From Chlamydiia bacterium (GTDB lineage: Bacteria > Chlamydiota > Chlamydiia > Chlamydiales > 2-12-FULL-49-11), in contig JBIKLZ010000002.1 in assembly GCA_044359535.1 (NCBI GenBank), forward strand, positions 32,001-96,000: 64,000 nt of DNA, in the 5' to 3' direction. This document shows, in pieces, positions 45,990-56,177 of this stretch. The notes beneath the pieces were generated by a model. The model was not told the origin of the DNA. It worked only from the letters and a program-made list of their open reading frames with translations, and ran no database searches. Made by a program: the position numbers and the translations under genes. How positions within the stretch are numbered: the stretch's first letter is position 1; each line of letters begins with the position of its first letter.

Positions 45990-48545
45990 TTGGCCGATGT
46001 AGATATAGAAAGAGAAGTCAGAATAATGGTGCAAAAAGTTAAGCATTACATTATTGCGAATATGGGAAAGACAATGGTGGATGCCACCGATGAAGAGGTC
46101 TATAGGGCTTTGGCCTATGTATTAAGAGAGCAAGTGATGGTTCACTGGGCAGCAACGCTTCGCACTTTTAATAAGAAAAAGGTAAGAAAAGTCTATTATT
46201 TATCTTTAGAGTGGCTCCCTGGAAGAATTTCTGTGAATAATATTATCAATATATCCAATGTAGATCTAGTGCAAAAGGTTTTAAAAGCCTTAGGAAGAGA
46301 CTTTCAGACAATCCTTTCTACTGAGCCGGAGCCTGGATTGGGGAATGGAGGGTTAGGGCGTCTTGCAGCCTGTTTTTTAGATTCACTAGCAACCCATCAT
46401 TACCCTGTGATGGGATTTGGGTTAAGATATCAATATGGAATTTTTGAACAAGCATTGTGGGCGGGGGTTCAAATTGAAAGAAGTGATGGCTGGCTTTTAA
46501 ATGAATATCCTTGGGAATTGCGAAGGGATAACTATGCAGTTACAGTCCCTTACTATGGATCTTTGATAGAAAAGAAAAATAAACATGATGAAGTGATCCA
46601 CGGGGTTGTCAATTCAAATGAGGTTAGAGCTATCCCTTTTGATATCCCTATTGTTGGATACGGGGGAGGTACAGAGTATAGCGCCTTAACCTTGCGCTTA
46701 TGGACAACAAAAGAATCCCCAAAAAATTTTGCCATCACAAGTTTTAACGATGGAAATATTGCAGATGCAGTGATTAATACCTCCCTTACCGATGTTCTTT
46801 ATCCAAATGATAAAAACATGCTTGGATTTATCATGAGGATTAAACAAGAATTCTTGCTTGTTTCAGCCTCGTTACAAAATATCATTAAGCAGCATTTAGA
46901 AGTCTATGGCACTATGGAGGCATTTCATGATAAAGTGCGCATTCAAATCAACGATACTCATCCAGCATTTGTCATTGCAGAGTTAACTAGGATTTTGACA
47001 AAGGATTATGAATATAGATTTGAAAAGGCTTTTGAGATTGTTCAGGAGGTCTGTAGTTACACCAACCACACTGTCCTTCGAGAGTCTTTAGAAGAGTGGG
47101 ATGCCTACCGAATTAAGGAAATTTTGCCCGCACAATATCAGATGATAGAAAGGATCAATTTCATGTTTTGCAATCAAATGAGAGAAATCTATCCGGGGGA
47201 TGAGGCAAAGGTTTCTTGGATGTCTATTATTGAGAATGGGAGGATCAAAATGGCAAACCTTGCTATTGTCGGTTCTCATACCGTTAATGGGGTTGCTGCC
47301 CTTCACACAGAGATTATCAAAACAAAGCTCTTTGCAGATTTTTCAATGACAACTCCGAATAAATTCATCAATGTGACAAATGGAGTTACCCAAAGAAGGT
47401 GGCTTTATAAATGCAATCCGGCTCTTTCAGAGTTTCTTATTGGGCTTATTGGAGATGCGTGGATTAAAGATCTTAAAGAGATTGAAAAGCTAAAAGGCCA
47501 CATTGAGAAAGAAAGTGTATGGAAGGGTTTTTTAGAAATTAAGAAGGGTAACAAGCGACGGTGTCTTGAAAATCTCCTAAAATTTAAACGGGATAAAGGG
47601 ATGAGCGAAGAGGAGATTCAAAAAGAGCTATTTTTTGATACTGATGCCCTTTTTGATGTTCAAATTAAAAGGATTCATGAATATAAAAGGCAACTAATGA
47701 ATGCCTTACACATTTTAATCCTTTACAGAAGGATTAAAAAAGATCCAAAAGAGGCCCTTGTAAAAAGAAAGGTGATTATTGGGGGAAAAGCGGCTCCTGG
47801 GTATGAGATGGCGAAAAATATTATCCGTTTTATTTATATCCTTTCAAGAAAAATTCATGATGACCCTGTTGTTTCACAACATTTAAGGGTAGTTTATGTC
47901 GAAAATTATAACGTTGCAAAAGCAGAGGTGATTATCCCTGCAGCAGATATTTCAGAGCAAATTTCAACCGCATCGATGGAGGCCTCTGGAACAAGCAATA
48001 TGAAATTAAGTCTAAATGGGGCCCTTACTATGGGGACAGATGATGGAGCCAATGTCGAAATGAGAAAGGCTGTAGGAGATGAGAATTGGCCCTTTTTATT
48101 TGGCCTGAGTGCAGATCAAGTAAATAGACTTAAGCAAGAAAATAACTACAATCCACAAAAAGTTTTAGACGATCATCCAGAAATTGCTGAAGCAATCGCC
48201 GCTTTAAAAGATGGTTCTTTGGTCGATAACGATGCAGAAGGGGGGGTACTGCTTGCAATTTATAATAGTTTACTTGTCAATCAAGATAGGGATCGGTACC
48301 TTGTTTTAGCAGACCTTCCCGATTATTTGCGGGCTCAAAGAAAAGCTGAAAGGCTTTTCCTTGATAAAGAAAAATGGGCAAAAATGGCGTTATTTAATAT
48401 GGCCTGTATGGGGAGCTTTTCATCCGATGAATCGGTAAAAAATTATGCAAATAAGATTTGGAAAATTGAGCCTTGCCTTATTGACAAAGATGAATTAGAA
48501 AAAATTCATGCCGATTTTGAGGATGCTGACCGCTGTAATATTTAA
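45990..48545 (+). CDS. glgP: Glycogen phosphorylase
   Basis: GLGNGGLGRLAACFLDS, IQINDTHP, YTNHT, NGVTQRRW, KRIHEYKRQ, EASGTSNMK (PLP lysine). Confidence 0.98.
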   Translation: MADVDIEREVRIMVQKVKHYIIANMGKTMVDATDEEVYRALAYVLREQVMVHWAATLRTFNKKKVRKVYYLSLEWLPGRISVNNIINISNVDLVQKVLKALGRDFQTILSTEPEPGLGNGGLGRLAACFLDSLATHHYPVMGFGLRYQYGIFEQALWAGVQIERSDGWLLNEYPWELRRDNYAVTVPYYGSLIEKKNKHDEVIHGVVNSNEVRAIPFDIPIVGYGGGTEYSALTLRLWTTKESPKNFAITSFNDGNIADAVINTSLTDVLYPNDKNMLGFIMRIKQEFLLVSASLQNIIKQHLEVYGTMEAFHDKVRIQINDTHPAFVIAELTRILTKDYEYRFEKAFEIVQEVCSYTNHTVLRESLEEWDAYRIKEILPAQYQMIERINFMFCNQMREIYPGDEAKVSWMSIIENGRIKMANLAIVGSHTVNGVAALHTEIIKTKLFADFSMTTPNKFINVTNGVTQRRWLYKCNPALSEFLIGLIGDAWIKDLKEIEKLKGHIEKESVWKGFLEIKKGNKRRCLENLLKFKRDKGMSEEEIQKELFFDTDALFDVQIKRIHEYKRQLMNALHILILYRRIKKDPKEALVKRKVIIGGKAAPGYEMAKNIIRFIYILSRKIHDDPVVSQHLRVVYVENYNVAKAEVIIPAADISEQISTASMEASGTSNMKLSLNGALTMGTDDGANVEMRKAVGDENWPFLFGLSADQVNRLKQENNYNPQKVLDDHPEIAEAIAALKDGSLVDNDAEGGVLLAIYNSLLVNQDRDRYLVLADLPDYLRAQRKAERLFLDKEKWAKMALFNMACMGSFSSDESVKNYANKIWKIEPCLIDKDELEKIHADFEDADRCNI

Positions 48546-48808
48546 ACTCTTTCGGTAGGGTTAGGAATTAAACAGCACTCACAGCGACAGCAGGGAACAA
48601 AAGCATTTATACAATTAAAAAAAATAGTCGCTAATCGAGCATTCATTCTACTCCATAAAGAGGTTTGAGGTCCATCTATGATCTGAATCACAACATGTTG
48701 TCTGCGTAGATTAACAGGATCAACATTTAAGTCGTCTGCGTTAATAATATTTGCCCTTATCTCAAGATTTTGTGTGGGTAGAGTAACATTTAGTTGTGTT
48801 TCGTTCAT
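48542..48808 (-). CDS. Small hypothetical protein with a Cys-rich C-terminus
   Basis: RBS AGGAG before ATG 48808; ends FFNCINAFVPCCRCECCLIPNPTERV. Confidence 0.6.
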   Translation of the reverse strand: MNETQLNVTLPTQNLEIRANIINADDLNVDPVNLRRQHVVIQIIDGPQTSLWSRMNARLATIFFNCINAFVPCCRCECCLIPNPTERV

Positions 48809-48890
48809 AAAATATCTCCTTTTATAAAGATTATAAAAAAGCAAGTTATTTAATTTCAATATAATTATCTATAATTTATGATTTACTTTC

Positions 48891-49625
48891 TTAAAGAACA
48901 AGATCCCATTTTTCTAAAAGTTTTTGGTATAAGCCCTTCTTAATAAACTCACCAAGTCTTTTATTAAAAATTTCTTTAACAGCATTGCATTGATTGTTTA
49001 GGGCAATGAGGTAAAGCCCTTGAGAGGTGAGCTCTTGAGGATCTATTTTTAAAAGTCTTTTGTAGTCAGGAGAAAAATGAGAGGATAATGAAATAGAAGG
49101 GATCATTGCCCCATCAATGTTCATAAGGACAATATCTTCTAATACCTTTGGGATAGAATTGTAATAGGTAAGCAAAATCATTGGATAGTTTGAAAAAAGA
49201 GAAAGGAGGGGGGGGTTATTTTCAATGGCAATTAATTTTCCGGTAAAATTTCTGTAGTCAGTGGATGAAGCTCCAACTCTTGTGACAAAGACTTCCCCAA
49301 GAGAGAGAAACCTCTCTGAAAAGTTAAAGGTATCGATGTTTTCGACAGTTTTAGAAAGGGAGGAGACAATAAAGTCCACTTCACAAGCATTGATAGTGTC
49401 GGTCATATTGTCATAGGATAACTGTACATATTGGATAGAAAAGGGGGTGTTTTTAAAAAGCTCTTCAAGCAATTCATTTGTAAAGGCTAAGACTTGGGCT
49501 TGCTTATTGCCCACTTTACTCATTGTAAATGTAGGGTCAATTCCAATAGAGATATTTTTTTTTGGCGTTAAAGAAGAGCAGGCTATACACCCTAAAAAAA
49601 GGAGGAGAAAACGTTTTTTACCCAT
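48891..49625 (-). CDS. Amino-acid ABC transporter substrate-binding lipoprotein (SBP family 3)
   Basis: Lipobox CIAC, IGIDPTF, FNFSERF, GLYQKLLEKW; start reset to ATG 49625. Confidence 0.85.
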   Translation of the reverse strand: MGKKRFLLLFLGCIACSSLTPKKNISIGIDPTFTMSKVGNKQAQVLAFTNELLEELFKNTPFSIQYVQLSYDNMTDTINACEVDFIVSSLSKTVENIDTFNFSERFLSLGEVFVTRVGASSTDYRNFTGKLIAIENNPPLLSLFSNYPMILLTYYNSIPKVLEDIVLMNIDGAMIPSISLSSHFSPDYKRLLKIDPQELTSQGLYLIALNNQCNAVKEIFNKRLGEFIKKGLYQKLLEKWDLVL

Positions 49626-49657
49626 AAAAATAGATCTAACATCAAAAGGTGTAGATG

Positions 49658-51088
49658 TCAAATGGATAGAAACAAAGAAAAAATAAAATAGATAATTATT
49701 GTAAAAAGGGCAGAAAAAGGGAGGGTGATAATCCAAGAAAGGAAGATATTTCGAAGGAGCTGAAGATTTAATGCAGATAACCCTTTTGCAAGCCCTACCC
49801 CTAAAACTGCCCCAACAATTGCATGAGTGGTTGAAATAGGCATTCCCAACTTGCTTGCCACTAAAATTGTTGAAGCAGCAGCAAATTCTGCAGCAAAGCC
49901 CCTTGTGGGGGTAAGTTGTGTGATTTTATTTCCAATTGTTTCTATCACTTTAAATCCATAAGTGGCAAGGCCAATAACAATTCCAGCGCCTCCAAAAAGA
50001 AGTAAAGGGGTCGAAATGGTTGAGGAGTGTATCAAAGCAGCCGGATCTTTGATCACGTTTATAATTCCTGAAACTGGACCCACAGCATTTGCCACATCGT
50101 TAGAGCCATGGGCAAAAGCGACAAAACAGGCTGTTAAGATTTGCAGGATTGCAAAAATGGATTCAGCCCCTTTATAATCAGCTGCAAGCTCTGTCTCAAA
50201 TTGAGCTTTGCTATTGGCCTCTTTGATCAAATGATCGGCTTGTAGAAGTAAAGTGGCAATTTCATCCTTAGTGCCCTCTTCTGAAGTGGCAAGTTTTGCT
50301 TTTATTAAATGTTTTTGCACTTTTAATAAGGAATATAAACGTCGATCATGCTTTGCAGCAAGGATATAGCTCATTTTAGCATTTTTTGTTCCTGATCTAC
50401 AAATGTGGCCGATAATAAGGGCCCCTAGACCACTTATCACAATCGACAAAAGAGCGGTTAAATAGATAGGGATGCTAAAATTCATACTTTTGATTCCGCC
50501 CCAAAATGTGGAAAGACAAAAGGTCATTAAGACGATAAAAGCAAAAAGGGGGGCACGTTTTTGAGTAGAAAGAAGGGGGTTAAATGAATGAAGGACCCTT
50601 CTTTGGATGTAAGAAAAGAAAAAAAATGCAACCACCCCCGCTAAAGTAGGGGAAATGATCCATGAGAGGGCAATTTTTCCAACTTCTCCCCACTGCACTG
50701 ATTGAAAGCCCCCGACCAAAACACCAAAACCCATCACAGACCCGACAATGGCATGAGTGGTTGACACTGGCCATCTAAAAAAGGTGGCAAATTGCAACCA
50801 GAGGGCAGTCCCAAGAAGGGATGCAAGCATCCCCATGATAAAAATATTTGGGGTATTCACAAACATCTTTGGGTCAATAATTCCCTTTTGAATGGTCTCT
50901 GAAACATTAGACCCAAGGATAAAAGCCCCGCCAAATTCTAAAAAAGCAGCAATAAGAATGGCTTGTCTAAGATTGATGGCCCCAGATCCGACAGAAGTCC
51001 CTACAGCATTGGCAACATCGTTTGCACCAATGTTCCATAGCATATAAAAACCAATAATGAGGGCAAGGGAGATAAAAAATGTGTCCAT
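49658..51088 (-). CDS. Inorganic phosphate transporter, PiT family
   Basis: GANDVANA, PVSTTH, HGSNDVANA, PISTTH. Confidence 0.96.
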   Translation of the reverse strand: MDTFFISLALIIGFYMLWNIGANDVANAVGTSVGSGAINLRQAILIAAFLEFGGAFILGSNVSETIQKGIIDPKMFVNTPNIFIMGMLASLLGTALWLQFATFFRWPVSTTHAIVGSVMGFGVLVGGFQSVQWGEVGKIALSWIISPTLAGVVAFFFFSYIQRRVLHSFNPLLSTQKRAPLFAFIVLMTFCLSTFWGGIKSMNFSIPIYLTALLSIVISGLGALIIGHICRSGTKNAKMSYILAAKHDRRLYSLLKVQKHLIKAKLATSEEGTKDEIATLLLQADHLIKEANSKAQFETELAADYKGAESIFAILQILTACFVAFAHGSNDVANAVGPVSGIINVIKDPAALIHSSTISTPLLLFGGAGIVIGLATYGFKVIETIGNKITQLTPTRGFAAEFAAASTILVASKLGMPISTTHAIVGAVLGVGLAKGLSALNLQLLRNIFLSWIITLPFSALFTIIIYFIFSLFLSI

Positions 51089-51092
51089 AAAA

Positions 51093-51767
51093 TTACTTTG
51101 CGTTTAATAGCATCCCAATTCTTAAGGCTTCTTTTTCTGCTAAATGGGAAATATTTCCTATTTCCTCTATAAAATTTAACCACAGGATAAAATCTGTACA
51201 CTTCAAAGAGTCACTTGAAGCAAATAATTTTTTCTTTAAGGATTTTTTTAGCTGATCGGCTTCCTGCTCTTTTGCAGCAATGGCATGGATTTGATTTTTC
51301 ATTTTTAGGGCAATTGGACCCCCAAAGGAGGCTTCTATTAACATGTCAAGGTTAAAGACCATTTCCTTTAAAATCCATGTGGCATCTAGATTGGTATCAA
51401 TAAACTCTGTAAGGCTATTTTCAATACATTCAATCGAAGGGAGCTTTTTTAAGATGAGAATATCGGCAATGTCTTCAGCAATATCAGCTATGTGATCTTG
51501 GATGGTTAAAATTTCTAAAAAATTGATTCGATCTATAGAGAAAAAATAACTTTTTGGGAAGGAGGCCCGAATATCATTTTTTATAAGATCGGCTTCATAC
51601 TCAAGTTCAGAAATCTTTTTAGAAAGAACTTCGATAGTCTCCATTTCTGCTTCTTTCCTTAGTTCACAAAGCTCTTTAAGCCTGACTAAGCATGCAGAGG
51701 TTTTTTCCATGTGGAGTTGTAAATGAGAAAAAGGGGTTTTTGGAATGAGCTTTGAAAGTATGTACAT
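51093..51767 (-). CDS. DUF47 / PhoU-like phosphate transport regulator
   Basis: PFSHLQLHM, LEYEADLIKNDIR, QDHIAD; directly upstream of the PiT gene. Confidence 0.9.
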   Translation of the reverse strand: MYILSKLIPKTPFSHLQLHMEKTSACLVRLKELCELRKEAEMETIEVLSKKISELEYEADLIKNDIRASFPKSYFFSIDRINFLEILTIQDHIADIAEDIADILILKKLPSIECIENSLTEFIDTNLDATWILKEMVFNLDMLIEASFGGPIALKMKNQIHAIAAKEQEADQLKKSLKKKLFASSDSLKCTDFILWLNFIEEIGNISHLAEKEALRIGMLLNAK

Positions 51768-51770
51768 CGA

Positions 51771-52517
51771 CTAAATTGTAGAGCGGTAGGGCTTTTTATA
51801 GCTAGACTTTTTTTCAAATATAGCCTGTTTTTCTGCATTAGAAAGAATTTTATAGGCCCCTCTTGGAAGCGATCCAAGTTCTAAATTCCCTAAGCGCACC
51901 CTTTTTAAGGCAGAAATATTTAACCCTGTTCTAGCTACAAGTATCCTTACTTCATGCTTTTTCCCTTCCATCACAGTGATCGAAATCACCTTTCTTTTTT
52001 CTTTATAGACAGAGACAGGGATGACTTTTTTCCCTTCAATATGGGTCCCTTTTCGGATTTTTTCAATATCAGATTGAAGCACTTCTTCTTTTGTTGTAAC
52101 CCTGTACTCCCTTTCAATGTTTGAGGAAGGGTGGATCACAGAATGGGCAAAATCCCCTTCAGAGGTAATTAAGAGTAACCCTTCAGTGTTTTTATCTAAA
52201 CGACCCACAGTAAAAAGGCGGGCCTTTCTATCCCGTATAAGGTTAAGGGCTAATTTATCATTTTCATCATACCCTTTAGAGCTACAAATATAACCAGCGG
52301 GTTTATTCAGAAGATAAGTGATTTGTTTGGCAGGTTTTTTAGAAATGGGTTTACCATCTACAGAGATAAAATCTTTTTTTGGATCAAGGACAATCCCAAG
52401 TTGTGTACATACAGAGCCATTGACTGTGACTCTTCCCTCTTCAATAAGGGTATCGGCATTTCTACGGCTTGCAACACCAGCTGTTGCAAGAATTTTATTG
52501 AGACGCATTTTTTCCAT
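51771..52517 (-). CDS. rluB: rRNA pseudouridine synthase, RsuA/RluB family
   Basis: RLNKILATAGVASRR (S4 domain), LNKPAG, VGRLD, EGKKHEVR. Confidence 0.9.
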   Translation of the reverse strand: MEKMRLNKILATAGVASRRNADTLIEEGRVTVNGSVCTQLGIVLDPKKDFISVDGKPISKKPAKQITYLLNKPAGYICSSKGYDENDKLALNLIRDRKARLFTVGRLDKNTEGLLLITSEGDFAHSVIHPSSNIEREYRVTTKEEVLQSDIEKIRKGTHIEGKKVIPVSVYKEKRKVISITVMEGKKHEVRILVARTGLNISALKRVRLGNLELGSLPRGAYKILSNAEKQAIFEKKSSYKKPYRSTI

Positions 52518-52591
52518 AAGAAGATAGTTTTCCCTATTTTTAGGGATTATGATACCATAAGGTCAAATTTACAAAAAGCGAAACTCAAATT

Positions 52592-53254
52592 ATGGGCAAA
52601 CTCATCCTTTTACGACATGGAAAGTCGGTCTGGAATAAAAAAAATATTTTTACTGGATGGGTTGATGTATCCCTTTCTAAGGAGGGGATCGATGAAGCCT
52701 TTAGTGCTGGAAAAGCCCTTTCTCATGTGAGATTTGAGGCTATTTTTGCCTCAACCCTTTCTAGAGCGATAATGACCTTGCAGCTTGTGATGCTTGAAAA
52801 TCAAGATCCAAGAACTTTAATTTTGAACCACCCTGAAAAAAAGTGGTGTGCTCATGGAATTGATGAAAAAAGGGTTCTTATGGCTCATTGTAGTGATGCA
52901 TTAAATGAAAGGTACTATGGAGATTTTCAAGGAAAGAACAAAGATGAGATAAAATTAGCCCTTGGAGAAAAAAAGTTTATAGAGGTACGTAGGAGTTTTC
53001 AAACCCCCCCTCCAAATGGGGAGAGTTTGAAAATGACTGTTGAAAGGACCCTTCCCTATTTTAAAAAGGAAATTTTACCTCAAATAAAAATGGGGAAAAC
53101 AGTCCTTGTTGTCGCTCATGGTAATTCAATAAGGGGTATTGTTAAAGAGGTGATGCACTTAACTGATGAAGAGATTGTGACATGTGAAATCAAAACGGGA
53201 GAGCCTCTTGTTTTTCAATATGAGGGGGGTAACTTCAAGGAGGGGAAAATATGA
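52592..53254 (+). CDS. gpmA: 2,3-BPG-dependent phosphoglycerate mutase
   Basis: LLRHGKSVWN, FTGWVDV, LNERYYG, AHGNS. Confidence 0.96.
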   Translation: MGKLILLRHGKSVWNKKNIFTGWVDVSLSKEGIDEAFSAGKALSHVRFEAIFASTLSRAIMTLQLVMLENQDPRTLILNHPEKKWCAHGIDEKRVLMAHCSDALNERYYGDFQGKNKDEIKLALGEKKFIEVRRSFQTPPPNGESLKMTVERTLPYFKKEILPQIKMGKTVLVVAHGNSIRGIVKEVMHLTDEEIVTCEIKTGEPLVFQYEGGNFKEGKI

Positions 53255-54180
53255 CCCTTTGTCACGCTGAAAAAAAAGGACTGTGTAAAAAAATTCATAA
53301 AGGGAAGGAAGCCATTATTGAGCTCCTTGGGGCAAAAAAGACAGTCAACCTTGCATTTATCCCCTCAATGGAGGAGGTCTACTTAAAAGTTGTTTACGAA
53401 GTCTTGATGCCTAGGGCTCAAAGGACTGGGAGAAATGAAATTTTGGTTCCAAAGAGGGAAAAACGTTCCCTTCTAAAGGTTTTAAAAAGGGCCTCTTCCC
53501 TTGGTCTAACCTCTAAGGAGGTGGAGATGGATGAGCTAAGTAAGGCCATTTCAAAAAGGACACTTGGACTAATGATGTCCTTTTCTGAGCCTTTTTCAGG
53601 GAAAATTCATCCAATGTTTCACATAGCCACCTTGTGCAAGGAAGAGGGTCTTTTTTTATTTGTCGATGCAACAGAAAGTGTGGGGAAACTTTTTTTTAGA
53701 TTTCAAGAAAGTGGGATTGATCTTTTTGCTTTTTCGCATAAAAATATGACCTGTGTTGCCGGAGATCTGCCTCAAATGAAGGGCGATATCTGGGGGGAAG
53801 TGTTTGATCTAGATGAATTTTTTGCCCTTCAAACATGGGCTCAAGAGCAGCTTGAAATGATGGACTCAAATCCTATGGAATACGCATTGATAAAAAATGA
53901 GGCCATTGAAAAAGTAAAAAGGGGTCCTTTAAAGTGCCATTTTTACAATGAGGGGGGAAACTTTCTTTATGACCGGTGGTGCTTTTCTTTTGAGGGAGTT
54001 CACAATGAAACTCTTGCTTATTTACTCAGAGAAAAGGGAATCTATCTTGAGCTTTTTTTAGGAGAACACCCCCTCCTTTCTTTAAAGTTTGACTTACAGA
54101 TGTCAAAAACAAATCTTTTTAACCAATGGGATACAATTCTTCACACGGCTTTAGAGATCAAGGAGTTTTCCAATGACTAA
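53251..54180 (+). CDS. Degenerate class V aminotransferase / NifS-like protein
   Basis: FVDATESVGK, DLFAFSHK; lacks the N-terminal YLD and the catalytic Cys loop; sits between gpmA and the nifU-like gene. Confidence 0.7.
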   Translation: MTLCHAEKKGLCKKIHKGKEAIIELLGAKKTVNLAFIPSMEEVYLKVVYEVLMPRAQRTGRNEILVPKREKRSLLKVLKRASSLGLTSKEVEMDELSKAISKRTLGLMMSFSEPFSGKIHPMFHIATLCKEEGLFLFVDATESVGKLFFRFQESGIDLFAFSHKNMTCVAGDLPQMKGDIWGEVFDLDEFFALQTWAQEQLEMMDSNPMEYALIKNEAIEKVKRGPLKCHFYNEGGNFLYDRWCFSFEGVHNETLAYLLREKGIYLELFLGEHPLLSLKFDLQMSKTNLFNQWDTILHTALEIKEFSND

Positions 54181-54922
54181 AGAAAAATATAGCCATCTGT
54201 TTTGGGATTTGTACAGCGATAAAATGCATCAATGGATAGTAAGCCACCCCCACGGTAAAGTGTGTGAGGGGAAAAGGTTTTTTCATGAAGCCCTTGGAAT
54301 AAGTTATACAATCGATCTTCAGTATGATGGTTTTGAGCAGATGTTTACAACAATGAGCTATCAAGTAAGTGGGCCCCCCTTCATGATCGCGTTGCTAGAG
54401 GCTTTGGCTGCAACTGTAGTAGGAAAAAAAATTGCCCTATGCGCTCACATTCGGGTTGATGATCTTTTTGAAGCACTAAAAGTGTATGACATTGCCGATC
54501 GCTATAGCGATGAGGATATTAGGGACTATATCCAATACTTATCCCGTTTTGCCAATCAAGTGATGGATGCTTATATGGAGATTGTGGATGAAAAAGTCCC
54601 TCTTCAATATTCAACTCCCGAGGGGTTGAGCCATTTTTCTGTTGAGGGAGAGGGGATAGGTAATTTTTTTGAGCTTGAAAAATCGATACAAATTAGCCAC
54701 TTAGAAAGGGTTTTAGAAAAAGATATTCGCCCTTATGTCCAATTAGATGATGGGGATGTAAAAATCAAAGATGTGACTAAAAATGGGGTTGTCTTTATTG
54801 AATATGAAGGAAATTGCACATCGTGCCATGCAGCGGGATCGACAACCTTATCGGCAATCACACAGATTTTACAGGCTAAAGTACATCAAAGATTAGAGGT
54901 GTTACCCTTTTTAGGGAGCTAG
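54173..54922 (+). CDS. NifU/Nfu-domain protein
   Basis: C-terminal IRPYVQLDDGDV..YEGNCTSC. Confidence 0.85.
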   Translation: MTKEKYSHLFWDLYSDKMHQWIVSHPHGKVCEGKRFFHEALGISYTIDLQYDGFEQMFTTMSYQVSGPPFMIALLEALAATVVGKKIALCAHIRVDDLFEALKVYDIADRYSDEDIRDYIQYLSRFANQVMDAYMEIVDEKVPLQYSTPEGLSHFSVEGEGIGNFFELEKSIQISHLERVLEKDIRPYVQLDDGDVKIKDVTKNGVVFIEYEGNCTSCHAAGSTTLSAITQILQAKVHQRLEVLPFLGS

Positions 54923-55623
54923 GTTTTAGTCGCCTTAAATCTAAACTGACCATACCGTTTTTTTTCTAGGGCAATGATTTTAAAGCCAGAATATGTAAGT
55001 ATATCTCTTACAAACTTTTCATCCCCTTTATAAAAGTGAGCTCCAATTTTTCCCATAAAAGTATGAAAAGGTGTCTCCTTTGAAATCAGTGTAAATAATG
55101 TTCCAACAAAAATCCCGTCAGGACTTAAACATTCATGGATTTTTTTCAATGTAGACTGTAAGCTTGTTGGAGAAAGATAAGGGAGAATATCGACAGCTAA
55201 GACAAGGTCAAAGGGCCCTTGGTACGATTGCATGGTAGCTATATCCCCTTTGCATAATCGAAGGTTTTCTTTTGGACACACCCCTTTGCTAGATTCTGAA
55301 AATAGGGTGAGAAGCTCTTTTGAAGAATCAATAGCCGTTACATGGCTCCCATTTCTAGCCATTGTAAGGCTATTTGTACCAAGACCTGCACCCAAATCAA
55401 GAACGGTTGGAGGGGGGGGGGTAGCAAAAAACTCTTGGGCAAACTTTTCTGGTGAAGTGCATCCTAAAAAGATAGAGCGTTGAAATTCTGTTGCATTGGG
55501 ACTTACGACCACTCCGAGATGAACAATAGGCTCTTCAGGGTTAAATGACGAGGGAGTCTTTTCAACTTCCTCCCAAAATGTGGTTATTATAGACAATAGG
55601 CACCTCAAAAATAAATTTTTCAA
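54919..55623 (-). CDS. Class I SAM-dependent methyltransferase
   Basis: VLDLGAGLG, VTAIDSS, FDLVLA, LSPDG. Confidence 0.88.
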   Translation of the reverse strand: MKNLFLRCLLSIITTFWEEVEKTPSSFNPEEPIVHLGVVVSPNATEFQRSIFLGCTSPEKFAQEFFATPPPPTVLDLGAGLGTNSLTMARNGSHVTAIDSSKELLTLFSESSKGVCPKENLRLCKGDIATMQSYQGPFDLVLAVDILPYLSPTSLQSTLKKIHECLSPDGIFVGTLFTLISKETPFHTFMGKIGAHFYKGDEKFVRDILTYSGFKIIALEKKRYGQFRFKATKT

Positions 55624-55644
55624 GAGTGTAGCACAAAAAAAGAT

Positions 55645-56148
55645 TTAATTACAAAAAAAATGTTCATAAAACCCTTTTAACACCTCTTCTTTTGAAACGA
55701 TCTTCCCCGTTTCTAAAAATAAAGATGTTGCAGGTTGATCGATAAGATCCATTTGATTTTCTGATTGAAGGAGGTTAAGCCCAAGAGAGGTAATTGCACT
55801 GGATCCATAGACTTCAGAAATGATTCCAGCGACTTTTTTTCCTCGTACCATTAAATCGTTAGGGTATTTAAAAGTGATGGGAAGATCTAAAAATTGGAGT
55901 GCTTTTTGAAGGGCCTTTGAGGCTTTTTGAGAAAGATAAGGAATCTCTTCTGAAGGGGGGGCTTTATAGACAAAAGAGGCAAGTAAAGAGCTATTTTTAG
56001 GGGCGATCCAAGGCGATTTTCTCCTCCCTATCCCCCCTGTTTGAAAATCGGCAGTGATTATTGTGATATCAAACAGCTTTAGATGCTCTAATTGATCTTT
56101 TGCAAAAAGGTGTGTCGAAGAAATTTGTTTAAAATGTATTCTTTTCAT
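55645..56148 (-). CDS. birA: Biotin protein ligase, catalytic domain only
   Basis: ISSTH, QTGGIGR, KYPNDL, KVAGI, ATSL; start reset to ATG 56148. Confidence 0.92.
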   Translation of the reverse strand: MKRIHFKQISSTHLFAKDQLEHLKLFDITIITADFQTGGIGRRKSPWIAPKNSSLLASFVYKAPPSEEIPYLSQKASKALQKALQFLDLPITFKYPNDLMVRGKKVAGIISEVYGSSAITSLGLNLLQSENQMDLIDQPATSLFLETGKIVSKEEVLKGFYEHFFCN

Positions 56149-56177
56149 ATCATAATTATGGTATATCATAGGGATAT

